Below are positions 39,801 through 50,600 of a stretch of 64,000 nucleotides of DNA, piece after piece. Positions within the stretch are counted from its first letter, which is position 1; every line of letters begins with the position of its first letter. This DNA comes from a virus: positions 3,862 through 67,861 of the IMG/VR virus record IMGVR_UViG_3300046318_000260; one strand, 5' to 3'. The notes under the pieces were generated by a model. The model ran no database searches. It was not told the origin of the DNA and saw nothing but the letters and a program-made list of their open reading frames with translations. The translations under genes were made by a program, and so were the position numbers.

Positions 39801-42422
39801 AATACCAGCTTTTTCATATCTGTTAAAGAAGTTACTAAAGTTAGCAGTCTTTTCTCCTAATTTACTCAGTGCTGCTAATTTTTTTGATTTAAGAGCATAC
39901 TGTCTTTGAGATTCAGGATCTTTAAGATCTTTTAGTAACTCTACTTCATCCTTAAGCATTACTTCTTCATTCCGTAGCTTATTGTAATCAAAAATAACTT
40001 CAGAATCTCTCTGAGACATTCCTTTTAAAGGAGCCTGTGAGACATACTTAGCCATGATATCTCTTTTTCTACGTATAGTATCTTCAAAAGATTGTTTAAA
40101 ATAAACAGCATTGTGTACTGCTTTTTGCCAACCTTTTTGTAATACCACAGCATCTCTATAATCAGGACTATCTTTTGGAGGCATGTTTTCTTCTGTTACC
40201 GGATTTGGATATCTGGCATTAATGTCATTATAATCTTTTTCTACTGATTCTAATTTCTTAAGAGTATCCGGAATTTTAGCTTGATATTTTGCTCCTTCTC
40301 CTTTTGGTACAGTAGGAATAGCTTCTTCAAATTCTTCTGGAGTCATTTCAGCAAAGTGAGACATCTTTTCTTTAAACAAGTCAGTGCCCCCTCTATTATA
40401 TAAGTACTCCATTTGACTTACAATAGCTTCTAAGTCAGCATCATTTGCTTCTTTTGGTGTTCCTCTTTCTTTTACATTAGCAACTCCTTCTTGAGCAGCA
40501 TAGTTAAATGTTTTAGAATCTAAAAATTCTTGGATATCAACTGCATTTAACTGATTAACTAGACCTTGAGTAGCTTCTATTTTTTCTGTCTTAAATTTTT
40601 CATAAGCTTCTTTGTTAAATACTCTATTGTATCCAACAACTAAGTTATTAAACACAGCATTAACTGGTGTTGCTAATGCACCCATTGCAAAACCTGAAGC
40701 AAATGTTTCAAATCCTGTAGCCGTAAACTGTTTACCTAACTCATTACCAAAGTAGTCTACTTGTTTTGCTTCATTATATTTTGCTACTGCTTTAGAATAC
40801 TCATGAGAACCTAATGCTTTACTAGAAAATGTATCCACATAGTACTTCTCATTAGCTCCAGCAATAACTTCTTGTAAGTTTTCTTGAATACCTTCTGTAA
40901 AGTTTGATTTGAAATAACCTAATGTACCTAAACCTGCTTTATGCAATGGTTTACTTCCATAAGCTTTAATCATATTTTTAAAGGTACTAGCTTCAAACTC
41001 AAACTGTTTTTTTGCTTGGTTGTACATTACTTTACCTATATCACCAAACTTGCCACCTTTAATTGTTTTAAATTCTTTTATAGAATTTTGCAAATAGCCT
41101 TTGATACCACCTTTAGGTCCCATGATATTTGGAAAGGTGATTGCGTTACTACCATAGATAAGTCCTGCATTCCAAAGCACAGTATTAAGTGAAGCTTTCT
41201 CAGATTGTTTAATCATTTCATACTGTTCTGCATCACTTGGAGCTTCACCATTTCTAGCATAGTATTGATTGTATAACTTATCATATACTTCATTCTTAAC
41301 CATACCTCCTTCAAGTCTAGCTTCTGATAAAGCCATATTGACTCTTACTACATCTCTATAAAAACCTCCGGCTGTTTTATAAGCCATAGCAAGGTTACTT
41401 ATATTGTCTGTAGCTTTTGCAACTTTTGCTGCTTCATATGCGCGAACAGTTCCGCCTATTGGGCTAAGTGTCATTTTACCAACATTTCTTGCATTTTGCC
41501 AAAAGTTTCTAGCACCATTCATGCTATCTACAGCGTTCAATGCAGTATTAACAGCTTTGTAACCATCTACCGCAGTATCCAAACCTTTAAAGGCTCTTCC
41601 CATATTCTTAAAAAAATTAGCAGATGTTGCAATAAAACTTCCTCCCAATGTTTCAGGAGCAAGTAATATACCACCAATCTCTTCTAGAATAGCTTCAGAC
41701 ATAATACCCGCTGAGTATCCAAAGTTCATTATAGTATTATTTGCAAAAGCTCCAAGACCTTTTTTAGTAGATTGACCTATTGCAGCAGCTTCTTTATAAA
41801 ATGCAGCATCTTCACTATCACTACTGGTAAAATCTCCTGTAAGCATTTTACCTAAACTCTTAGGTCCGGAAACAAAACCTCTTCCAAACAATGGCCAAAA
41901 GGACTGTGTCATCATTCTTTTATGATCATCCCACCAAGTTGTATTTTCATTAAATAAAGCTTCATTATCTCTTAAAGGAGAAAAACCTATTTCATCAAAT
42001 TTTTCTTGACCGTAAGCTTGGTATCTTTTATAAAAAGCATTACTGTCTGGTCCAGCATCATAAGAATAAACTTTAGCATAAGCATTATTATCTTGCTGTG
42101 TCTGTAACTGAGTTCTTATACCGTTTCTCCATCCATTAACATATGCATCAAAGTCAAAGTTTTTTTTATTTATTCCAGGTTTATTTGGTGCACTCCCAAC
42201 TACTTGTTGTCTAACTTGTTTTTGTGGAGAATTTAAAGCACCTGCATTTGGTAAAACTGGAAAAAAACTATCCTGGTCTGGAAAGTTTATTTTTGGCATC
42301 TCAAGTTTGTCTCCCTCAAATGCAGATAAACCTTTACTGTCTAGTAAAGGTTGATTAATTCTTCCATACTCCGGTCCTAATGGATCTAATGAGCTGAAAC
42401 CTTCGTCCTTACCAGTTGCCAT
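36825..42422 (-). CDS. giant ejection/cargo protein with degenerate PD-(D/E)XK-like domain
   Basis: Gly/Ala-rich hydrophobic N-terminal region, EGIQENLQE motif, coiled coils; adjacent to the RNAP gene. Confidence 0.65.
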   Translation of the reverse strand: MATGKDEGFSSLDPLGPEYGRINQPLLDSKGLSAFEGDKLEMPKINFPDQDSFFPVLPNAGALNSPQKQVRQQVVGSAPNKPGINKKNFDFDAYVNGWRNGIRTQLQTQQDNNAYAKVYSYDAGPDSNAFYKRYQAYGQEKFDEIGFSPLRDNEALFNENTTWWDDHKRMMTQSFWPLFGRGFVSGPKSLGKMLTGDFTSSDSEDAAFYKEAAAIGQSTKKGLGAFANNTIMNFGYSAGIMSEAILEEIGGILLAPETLGGSFIATSANFFKNMGRAFKGLDTAVDGYKAVNTALNAVDSMNGARNFWQNARNVGKMTLSPIGGTVRAYEAAKVAKATDNISNLAMAYKTAGGFYRDVVRVNMALSEARLEGGMVKNEVYDKLYNQYYARNGEAPSDAEQYEMIKQSEKASLNTVLWNAGLIYGSNAITFPNIMGPKGGIKGYLQNSIKEFKTIKGGKFGDIGKVMYNQAKKQFEFEASTFKNMIKAYGSKPLHKAGLGTLGYFKSNFTEGIQENLQEVIAGANEKYYVDTFSSKALGSHEYSKAVAKYNEAKQVDYFGNELGKQFTATGFETFASGFAMGALATPVNAVFNNLVVGYNRVFNKEAYEKFKTEKIEATQGLVNQLNAVDIQEFLDSKTFNYAAQEGVANVKERGTPKEANDADLEAIVSQMEYLYNRGGTDLFKEKMSHFAEMTPEEFEEAIPTVPKGEGAKYQAKIPDTLKKLESVEKDYNDINARYPNPVTEENMPPKDSPDYRDAVVLQKGWQKAVHNAVYFKQSFEDTIRRKRDIMAKYVSQAPLKGMSQRDSEVIFDYNKLRNEEVMLKDEVELLKDLKDPESQRQYALKSKKLAALSKLGEKTANFSNFFNRYEKAGIIKDELQKQKGDVPVTDEEVQAVMNNIFGEFTDENKTKVFSEHSSAYKDYLNALAEANGGHVFDKDVQESYEILADHYKLGLEADKLMRYVNLLHDPKAFMEAADRNRKWMKDLYNRRGEIYEKMIKEQLDIVIDNALLNQLANKGIYISLDEFAQWQKDGTPPSEFFDNSLKIIIPEGSLRYEDYYVLFEQAATLKDQRTSSVSETLDSALRTDLEKADADMQRVIENLPKKEVKVPIETLKTKNGVKVTLAQIADSLEPGQYADGIYDEDAEFPLTVYNDEGAIKLDGPEGEAFKNYKIAFDFIKADIYTLSEQPDPELVKPITEKYEALKNQIREDYASATEALAEKERAPIADFVPITTTVDSIYEYPVLYNTLYKSFEEKVLAKIPDDEFVNLTEEQQENLFNKFLQTDKDAKIEIDNFNKNQKLQEATKETGEKGEFEYIYQGKKKNTADIKTVTELRRTQRRFKALAKVIDVMEEPTAEDLTDRSRYKVLITDFEKLIATRSRKGLTPELREAMDKAEVLKDKQKDIQVIPEGIIIDGEMYRNAEDVLGQPKSEEEYNQYIAEQVNDLFGEEGEPMFDEARITQEAYDNLFGPKGYLTTLKKRVENGELAIISQDLVVYDPESKVASTIGLLVADTSGNLTIVDVIPDSKSNWEVFKKKDNPKSKLEQTKLLMATKANLLKNTIGVDAKVSVLPIEMSITTTDNKILLANKPSSATLLATDYLINLNTVDVQEQANGIVPIAEKAVEVKPGNVVPTDAESSDDVQSPAVEAGEQERKVQVIDDATRYRVSDFKSDLAKINTKEELQNLLTELSIKNSDEKVALEDLQEMAKLAQEKANSLNTVEMVKIVPESLTKESQFVAKNTIFTQPGNQKSGVFAEANDTVIIDSINNTNKTVTVSSLGALTKMTIGFNELNNLFTLKDVVMDATQQPAQTITTEDKAKINESTDLADAFVKDSTQLDKVEGTASSKSLEELDEELLEDIEC

Positions 42423-45336
42423 TATATAACAGTTTATTTTGTTCTTTAGTTAAAGAAAATTGATTTATCAACATATCTCTTGCATCTTCTAAATTGGCAC
42501 CAAAAGTTGTTACATTATCAGTTACCTTTTTATACTCATAAGCCTTTGTATTAGGGTTCCAAATTGGAGCTCCAAGTGTAACTGAATAATCTCCTGCACC
42601 TAACTTATTTTTATTGATTGTAAATTTATAATTAGGATTAGTTGGATCAGTATAAGTATATGACTTAAAGTAATCAACATAAGATGCTAAAGGACTTTGA
42701 AATGAATTTGTATACATAGAATTAGTCATATCACTTGAGTTTGTAATATATGATATACCATTTTTCAAAATCAGTTCATATTCACCAGCTGTAATAAGAC
42801 CAGGTCCAGTACCATTTTTACCAGATTTAACTTGACTCTTTAACCATTCTGCATCTGGATGAATAATAATTGCTGCCTTGTTTAATGATCCAATAGCAAT
42901 AGGAGCAACTCCTAAACGAAAATTACCCATTTTATTTTTTGGGTTATTTATCTCAGCTTTCATTGCATCAAATAATGCTCTACCAACATCATTTTTAAAA
43001 CCTAGTTCACCTCTTTTATTCCAGTTATCTTTACTGATACCACCAAATGTAACACGGTTTTTATCAGTAGCACCCCAATCCAGCTTATTAAGATCATTGA
43101 AGACTTCTCCCATCCATGCAGAACTTTTAGAGCCATGAGCTTTAGGATTTACCCAAGTAGTTGTTGCTCCCATAGTGAACTTACCACTTCCATCTTTTGT
43201 AAATAATGTTGGACTAAAACCAATAGGGCTTTTAATTCTACCTGATGTATAAACTTTTCCTGCTGCTTTTACTAAAGCATCATAATTAATCTCACGTTGA
43301 AATCCAGACTGAGCTTCCATAGATCCTGATGTACCCATTGTAAGAGGACTTCCAATAACAACTGTTCTACCTGTACGTTTTGAATCTAGATATTTCTTAG
43401 GGATTTTTGCATAGAATTCATCCTCACTTCTTAAGTTACCTTTCTCATCATATAGATAATCCACATACTTAAAGCCTTGTCTTCTTAAATCTTTTTCTAC
43501 TTCATAAGAAGTTTTCTTTCTCCAATCAGCATCTGCTTTAAGATAGTTAGTATAGTCACCAAACTTAGATGAAGCTTTTTGATAGTTCACATACTCTTGA
43601 TCTGTAAGACCGCTTAATGCACCATTTTGACCCAACCAAGTATTCATTCTTGTCTGAATTTTTTGTAGATCATTTGCTCCTACTTCTGCACGTAACCACT
43701 CAGAACCATACTTATTAAGCTTAGCATCAAATTTACTCATGCTGATTTTTGGATTCTTACCATACGCTAGAATCTTACTTGCTTCCTCCTGAGTCATGCT
43801 TCCTTGTTGTACTAATCTTTCCATTAAAGCTAATGTACTTGTTAAGTATGGTTTAGCAACTGTTTCAGTTTGTAACTTATTGATCATTCTACTGGCTTCT
43901 TTCATATTTAATTTATCAGTAGAAGTACCTTTAGTATTAGTCTCAATAAATGTTTCATTTAATGCTTCCACAGGAACTACTTCTCCTGTTTCTTCATTAA
44001 GATAATGAGTACCAGCTTTAATTCTGGCCTCATCAAGTTTGTTTTTTCTTTCACCCTCATTACGGATTCTAGCTGCATTTGCTAAACCAGCATTTCTAGC
44101 AGCAACTTCTTGCATACTATACCGGTGTTTATCTGCAAGTACAGCATATGGATTAGCATCAATATCTGATTTTGCATCTTTAAATGCAAAGATATTAGCA
44201 GCTTCATCTAAATCCTTTTGCATAAGTATAGATGCCATACCATTATCAACCTTATACCGTAGTGATTTAATATCACCATAAGGATTAATAAATCCAGTAG
44301 TTGTTGTTTCAGTACTTTGACTAGTGCTTAATTCTTTTTGTTCATTCTCTGCTCTAGCTAATACTTGATCATTGATATCCTTATTCATCTTGTACTGCTG
44401 CAATGCAGCTTGAGCTTCCGGAGAAGCTGTACCATCTTTAATTTGTTTTTCAATGTCTTGAATCTTAGTATCATAAGAAACAGATTGTGCTTTAAGTGCT
44501 TGGTATCTTGCTACATTTTGAGCTTTCAACATGTTGTAACTATTCTCTAGATACTTCATCTCTGCAGCATTTTTATCTCCTCCAAATTGTGCAGCAGTTG
44601 ACTCTGCATAATTTTTTCTATTTACATAAGATTGTGTTTTGTAAACAGCTTGGATACCTGGGTCATTACCCAATCTAGCTTCAAATAACTTTTGTAAAGG
44701 TTCAATTAATTGTTCACCATTCTTTGTCTTAACAATCCATCTTCCATCTTTACTCAAGTCAGCTGACTCAATAGATAGACCAGCTTCTTTTGCAACCTCT
44801 TGTGCTTTAGCTACAGTATTTACATATGGAGTATACTCAACACTTTCCATAGACATTGCATCTTCGATAGAAGCTTCTTTGAACTCCTGTCTTTTAAACT
44901 GCAATTCTGCAATACCATCTGCCCAATACTGATCTCTTTGTTTTTGATCATATGCATTTTTTAAGCCTTCACCATAACTAACATTATTCATGAAATTTTT
45001 AGTGTAAGCCATATCTTTCATCAGCCCTTTATCCTCATAAAAAGGTTTAAAGATCTGAGTTGCTTGATCTACATTTTGCTCCAATGATAAATCTAACTGA
45101 GATACTCTTTGTAGATTAAACTCAATTTGATTAAGATAGTTATCTTTTTTTGCAATATTATCATCTCTTGTTAAATCAGCATGATAATACTGACCATACA
45201 TTTTATTTAAAGCTTTCCAGTTTGTGTCATACTGGGTCTGCTTTGTCTGCATTATATTGCCATAAAAATTTAGATCAGGCTGAAAAGGCTGAAACTGCGG
45301 AATATAATCTGTGACACCTTGTAGATACGTTGCCAT
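42409..45336 (-). CDS. virion cargo/ejection protein
   Basis: N-terminal YIPQFQPFQPDLNF, helical Q/K-rich body; position upstream of the RNAP cluster. Confidence 0.6.
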   Translation of the reverse strand: MATYLQGVTDYIPQFQPFQPDLNFYGNIMQTKQTQYDTNWKALNKMYGQYYHADLTRDDNIAKKDNYLNQIEFNLQRVSQLDLSLEQNVDQATQIFKPFYEDKGLMKDMAYTKNFMNNVSYGEGLKNAYDQKQRDQYWADGIAELQFKRQEFKEASIEDAMSMESVEYTPYVNTVAKAQEVAKEAGLSIESADLSKDGRWIVKTKNGEQLIEPLQKLFEARLGNDPGIQAVYKTQSYVNRKNYAESTAAQFGGDKNAAEMKYLENSYNMLKAQNVARYQALKAQSVSYDTKIQDIEKQIKDGTASPEAQAALQQYKMNKDINDQVLARAENEQKELSTSQSTETTTTGFINPYGDIKSLRYKVDNGMASILMQKDLDEAANIFAFKDAKSDIDANPYAVLADKHRYSMQEVAARNAGLANAARIRNEGERKNKLDEARIKAGTHYLNEETGEVVPVEALNETFIETNTKGTSTDKLNMKEASRMINKLQTETVAKPYLTSTLALMERLVQQGSMTQEEASKILAYGKNPKISMSKFDAKLNKYGSEWLRAEVGANDLQKIQTRMNTWLGQNGALSGLTDQEYVNYQKASSKFGDYTNYLKADADWRKKTSYEVEKDLRRQGFKYVDYLYDEKGNLRSEDEFYAKIPKKYLDSKRTGRTVVIGSPLTMGTSGSMEAQSGFQREINYDALVKAAGKVYTSGRIKSPIGFSPTLFTKDGSGKFTMGATTTWVNPKAHGSKSSAWMGEVFNDLNKLDWGATDKNRVTFGGISKDNWNKRGELGFKNDVGRALFDAMKAEINNPKNKMGNFRLGVAPIAIGSLNKAAIIIHPDAEWLKSQVKSGKNGTGPGLITAGEYELILKNGISYITNSSDMTNSMYTNSFQSPLASYVDYFKSYTYTDPTNPNYKFTINKNKLGAGDYSVTLGAPIWNPNTKAYEYKKVTDNVTTFGANLEDARDMLINQFSLTKEQNKLLYNGNW

Positions 45337-45359
45337 ATTTTATCTTTGTCTATATTGTA

Positions 45360-45402
45360 AATATATTAAAATTTTATAAGTTTAGTAAACCTATAAAGTT
45401 TA
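45360..45402 (-). promoter_or_regulatory. putative late promoter with upstream palindrome
   Basis: TTTAATATATT (-) at 45360-45370 and TAAACCT-ATA-AAGTTTA at 45386-45402. Confidence 0.5.
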
Positions 45403-47688
45403 GAGTGTCACTATTGGAAACACAGAATATACAAATCCTCCTTTTTGAAAAACTTGACCACCTGCTTTTTTACCATACTTTTGTTGCCATAAAAGTTTTT
45501 GTGTAGCCTCTGGATACTTCATAATTGAGTTAGCAAACTCAATTGCGCTTGCCTCATCAGCTCCTGGATCAACTTTCTTTTCAGTTGGTGTATAATTTAC
45601 AAATCCTCCTGTTGATGGATCAGTCTGATAGTTAGGATACATTTGATTCAATGCATCTGTCTTAGCTCTATTAGTAACAGCTGTATTGTATGCTTGACGC
45701 ATATTAGCTCTACCTGCTTTTTGAGCATTATCAAACTGTTGATTAGCAATAACATTTTTATCATAAACTCTATTGGCCATTTGCTGGTTCAACATGTTCT
45801 CTTGATTTCTTACACCTACCTGGTTAGCTTCAAATTGATTAGCAATGTTTACATTCTGATTATTAATTCTAGATAATACATCAGCTGCACCTTTTGCACC
45901 TTGACCTTGTATTTGTGAAAGTCTTGCATTTAATGCTTGTGGTCCTGCAAATGAAGCTGCAGCTTGAGCAGCAATATTAGCTTGCTCTGATTGTGCAGCA
46001 AGTTCTCTTGTAGGATCTAAGAAAGTAGGTCTTGGTTCTTCAAGATCAACTCTTCCTTCCCAAGGCATGTATTTCTTATTAGTCATTAAATCTCCAAATG
46101 CACCCATAGTATTTACAGTATCCTGTAACCACCATGCAGCAGGTTGTTTTTGTGGAGGATTTATTCCTGTATCTGGAATCTCTTTAGTACACTCATTACA
46201 GTTACCATTAACATCTTTTCCTGGATCATATGTTTCACCTGTTTCTGGATCTTTACATTCACATCTATCTTCAGGTGGTTTAGAACATGGTAAACAGTTA
46301 CCTTTATCATCTTTTTTAGCTACCTCTGGTGTACCATCAGCTTTTAAAACAGGCTTACCTGCTGCATCAACACAAGGACAGTCTTTAGTAGTCTCTGGTT
46401 CTAATTGAACAAAGTCTACTTCTTCTGATCCTGTTGAACGTGCTTCTTCACCTTTTTTAATGCAACTTGCAAATTTAGCTTTAATACCTGCTACCGTACC
46501 ATGTCCTTGTGCTGCTAATTCTTCAGGAGTAACTCCTTTAGATAATTCAGCACAAATAGTTTTACCCCAAGCAGCATTAGGTGCACCTGTTCCTGGTTTA
46601 GCTTTTCCTAAACTACTTCCTGGTGCAGCACCTTGACTAACCGTACCTCTACCATAAACATTGTTTCCAAGATCAGTATATCCTTCAGGAGCTTTTGTTC
46701 CTTTTTGTTTTTTAATCTCAGTTTGTTTCTTTTGTCTTTCTTGTAACTCAGCAGTAGTAAGTGCTCTTCCAGTTGTAGTTACTTTAGGTTTTGGATCTCC
46801 TCCAGTTTGATATCTTGAGATACCACCATAAGCCATTTCATTTGGATCATCATAGAAAGGTATATTAAAGCCACCCATCTGCATTCCATACATAGCCATA
46901 GGAGCTCCTTGCATCATCTCTGGAGACATTTGTTCCATCTCTTGAGGCATTGCAACCGGTTGACCATTTGGCATCTGTGTAGGAGCTTCATTCATTTGTT
47001 GCATCATAGGATTCATTTCTTCTCCTTGAGGCATACCTTGTCCTTGTGGTTGTTGTTCCTGCGGTATAAGATCTTCTTCAGCAATTCCATTTGCTTCCAT
47101 GTATGGTTTAGCAATCTCTGGAATACCTTGAGGAAATCCTTTCTTAGACTCTTGTGCTAATGCTAAAGCTCCTAACTTAAGAGTATAGGTTTTAATCATT
47201 AACTCAGCAGTCTTTCTATCAATAGCATCAGAATCAGAGTTTTGTAAAATCTCTCTGTACTTTTGAATATCAAACTTTTTGGATAACTCAGCTGGTGTGT
47301 AACCACCTTTCTTTGCAGGCTTATTAAACATCTTTAAGATATGAGCATCATTGATCTTCATATCTTTAGTGTCACTATAGATAAAACTATCATCTGGTAA
47401 GTTCAAAGGAACTCCGCCATTAGTATGTCTTGGGCCTTTAATTGTTTTAAATGAAGGCATCATACTTCCATCAAGATTACCAACCACAGTTTCTCCACCT
47501 TCAGCCTCAAGATTTGCTTCCTCTCTTGGTACTGCGGTTAAAGTTCTTGAAGCTTTTGGATTTGGTTTTCCAATGTAAGCATTATAGTCTGCTCCACCCA
47601 GTGCAGGTACATCATTTACTAAGGCACCTTTAACTTGGTATCCGGTTCTTGCTTGAGGAACACTTTTGATTCTAACTCTTCTTAACAT
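45400..47688 (-). CDS. virion cargo protein with repeated xxGG motifs
   Basis: EAEGGE...GPRHTNGGVP domain, Q/M-rich linker, Cys-rich insert and Q/N/A-rich helical C-terminus; start ATG 47688. Confidence 0.65.
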   Translation of the reverse strand: MLRRVRIKSVPQARTGYQVKGALVNDVPALGGADYNAYIGKPNPKASRTLTAVPREEANLEAEGGETVVGNLDGSMMPSFKTIKGPRHTNGGVPLNLPDDSFIYSDTKDMKINDAHILKMFNKPAKKGGYTPAELSKKFDIQKYREILQNSDSDAIDRKTAELMIKTYTLKLGALALAQESKKGFPQGIPEIAKPYMEANGIAEEDLIPQEQQPQGQGMPQGEEMNPMMQQMNEAPTQMPNGQPVAMPQEMEQMSPEMMQGAPMAMYGMQMGGFNIPFYDDPNEMAYGGISRYQTGGDPKPKVTTTGRALTTAELQERQKKQTEIKKQKGTKAPEGYTDLGNNVYGRGTVSQGAAPGSSLGKAKPGTGAPNAAWGKTICAELSKGVTPEELAAQGHGTVAGIKAKFASCIKKGEEARSTGSEEVDFVQLEPETTKDCPCVDAAGKPVLKADGTPEVAKKDDKGNCLPCSKPPEDRCECKDPETGETYDPGKDVNGNCNECTKEIPDTGINPPQKQPAAWWLQDTVNTMGAFGDLMTNKKYMPWEGRVDLEEPRPTFLDPTRELAAQSEQANIAAQAAASFAGPQALNARLSQIQGQGAKGAADVLSRINNQNVNIANQFEANQVGVRNQENMLNQQMANRVYDKNVIANQQFDNAQKAGRANMRQAYNTAVTNRAKTDALNQMYPNYQTDPSTGGFVNYTPTEKKVDPGADEASAIEFANSIMKYPEATQKLLWQQKYGKKAGGQVFQKGGFVYSVFPIVTL

Positions 47689-47697
47689 CTTGTACAA

Positions 47698-50600
47698 TTA
47701 TATAAATTCTAAATCTCCTCCGTTTGCAAGGAACTCTTGTATCTCTTCATCAGTCATGAATACTTCATCACCTTCAACCATTCCACCATCTTGATAGATA
47801 TTACCACCATATTGTTTAGAACGGCTATTCCATTTTTGACCCATTTCATCTGGTCTGTATAAACCAGAGTTACTTTCATAATCTCCACGGTCTTTACTAG
47901 GATCAGAAGCATAAAGATTATCTGCAGTTAAGTTATCTGACATCTTAGCCTCTTGTCTAGCTGCATCTCTTCTATTTAAAATACCTGTGATACCTCTTAT
48001 ACCTGCATTAGCAACATTTACATATGCTTCAGGATCAACAGAGTTTTTAACTTTATAATCTACAGCTACATCTTCACCAGGTCCTGCATAAACATTTTCT
48101 GCTTGATGACTTCCGATTTGTGTTGGATCAATTGTTTGTTCTTTTGGATCATTAGATGTATCTCTAGTAGGTATATTTTTATTCATAAAACCCATGTCTA
48201 ATGAACCAGTGCCTGAACCTTGGATACCAGGGTTAAGAGAAATCATATCTACCTGACTCATACCATGCATTGCTGGATTATTTGTGTAAACTACAGGACT
48301 TTGAAAACCATCTTGAGCTTTTGCAATAAATCTTTGTAAGTCACCTCCATATTGCATTTCTACATCTGCTCTTGGACCAGACATATTATATAACATATCT
48401 GCTGAAAAAGGAGTTCCTTGTGGAGCTGTTTCAGGAAGATTTGGTACAGTCAAAGATTGACGCATATAATCCATAGCTTTTTGTGCATCAAATCCTGGAG
48501 TTGTTCCTATAGGATCTGCTCCTGGATAACCAATATTTTCCATAGTTGGTGTATTCCAATATTCAGGATGTCTAGCTAATCTTTTATCATTTCTGTAAGC
48601 TTGTCTTTCACCTTTTCTAACAGCCATTGCAGCTCTCATTCTTAAGTCACTTACATCAGTTCTTTGTCTTTGTGGAGCTCTTACTTGTGACTCAACTGTT
48701 TCTGTACCAGATCCAGGAAGAGTAATAAGATTTTGTTTTCTAGGGTCCATCTCTTGTGTACCATAGGTAACTGTATACTTCTTAGGTCTACCTGTTAACC
48801 AGCTAGATTTAGTAACATCAATCTTTTTAATTCCAGTACCTACACCAGGCATATAATTAGCAACCGGTTTTCCTGTTCTAGGATCATATGGTACACCTTT
48901 CATTTTTGCATACTGAGTAGGCATAACATTAGCAGGAAATAGATTCTGTACAGCATATCCATACTGAGCCATTGGAAAATCTCCATTAGCTGTATCTTTA
49001 GAATATACATCATCTAAGTCACCTTGAGTAAAGTCTTCATTACCACCACCAATAAATTTCTGAAGATCACCATACTGATTTGCTATAGGGTTATTAATTG
49101 AACCACCCATTTGATGAATTGCTCCACCATTTTTTTTCTGACCTTGTGGTAGATCTTCCCATGGAACATAAATTACTCCACCATAGTCTTGAGACTGTGT
49201 AACAGCTGCAAAACTTTTTTTAGGTATTATCTTACCATTTTTATCTTTTACAATTTGATATCTTGCTGGTACAACTTGACCTAAAGTTGTTGTATATGTT
49301 CCTTGATAAGATGTAGCTTTTCCACCATCTTCTGTTGTCCAATTTTTTTCTTGTCTAGTATCTGGCTTAGGTGCTTTAGCTGATGGATTAATATCTGGTG
49401 CAGACATGATCTCGTTATTCAGATAATCTATTGTTTTTTCATCAGTTATTACAGCTGTTGCTTTTTTACCTGAGTAATGCTTTTTAGGATCACCTTCAAA
49501 TTTTTCATAAGACCCATCATTCCTTTGTCTATAATAGTAACCAGGTTTTGATTCTAAAGTAAGTAGACTTTGGCTTTTACTACCTTTACCTGATCTAGGA
49601 TCATTGGCTAAAATTTTTAATGTTTCAGGATTGGTAACAAGATTCCAATTATCAGCATTATCATCTACATAACCAGCTTTAGTTCTTGGAGCATCAGCAG
49701 ATTGAAATTCCCATTCACCATATTTATTTCTTTTATAGTTAAAGTCTTTTCCTGGAATATACTGGTAATTTAAAGTTTGATCTCCTTTGAATTTTTTAAT
49801 ATTCTCTATTCTTTTAGGATCTGTAACCTCATATGATACATCATAATTATTTTCATCTGGGATAACATAATACTTACCATCTTTTTGATAAAAGGCTGCA
49901 CCTTTTCTATCTTTTGTATATGTTAACTCTATACCAGTCTCTGGTGTTTTAACTGCTCCTCCTGGTTTGATTTCAGTTTCCACTTCTGTTTCTGTTACAG
50001 TAGGTTTTACTACGGTAGGATTAACTGGAGTTGTTTCAGTTTTACCCTCTGTAGTTACAGTTTGTGTAGGCTGCGTGTTTCCTGGTACAGTAGAAGAAGC
50101 AACTGTTCCTTGTGTACTTGTAGATACCGTAGTAGTTACATCTGTCTTAGCTGCATCTGTTGTAGCTTTAGAGTCAGGAGTAGTAGCTGCAATTTCTTCT
50201 TTTGCTTTGTTATTAACTGAAGCTGCTTCTGATTCTACTTTGATTCTTGTAGCAGGATACTTAATTGTTCTCGCACCATAACCATAGAAACCTACACCTT
50301 GTCCAGGCATACCCATTCCAGGCATTGGACTTCCTTGCCCAAACTCAATAGAGTATTCTTTAGGTTTACCAAACCAACCAGATCTTCTTACATCCATTTT
50401 AGTAATAGGAGGCATACCTTGAAAACCTCTAGGCATATTATAACCACCTGTATATGCATTTAATCTATTTCTTCTACCTCCAAATAAACCACCAAACTGA
50501 GCTTGTGTAATTTGATTCTGCTCATCTTGGAATACATCACCTGTTGCTTGTGAAAATAAAGCTAAGTGATGCATTGGATTTTCAAAATCTTGACCGGCAT

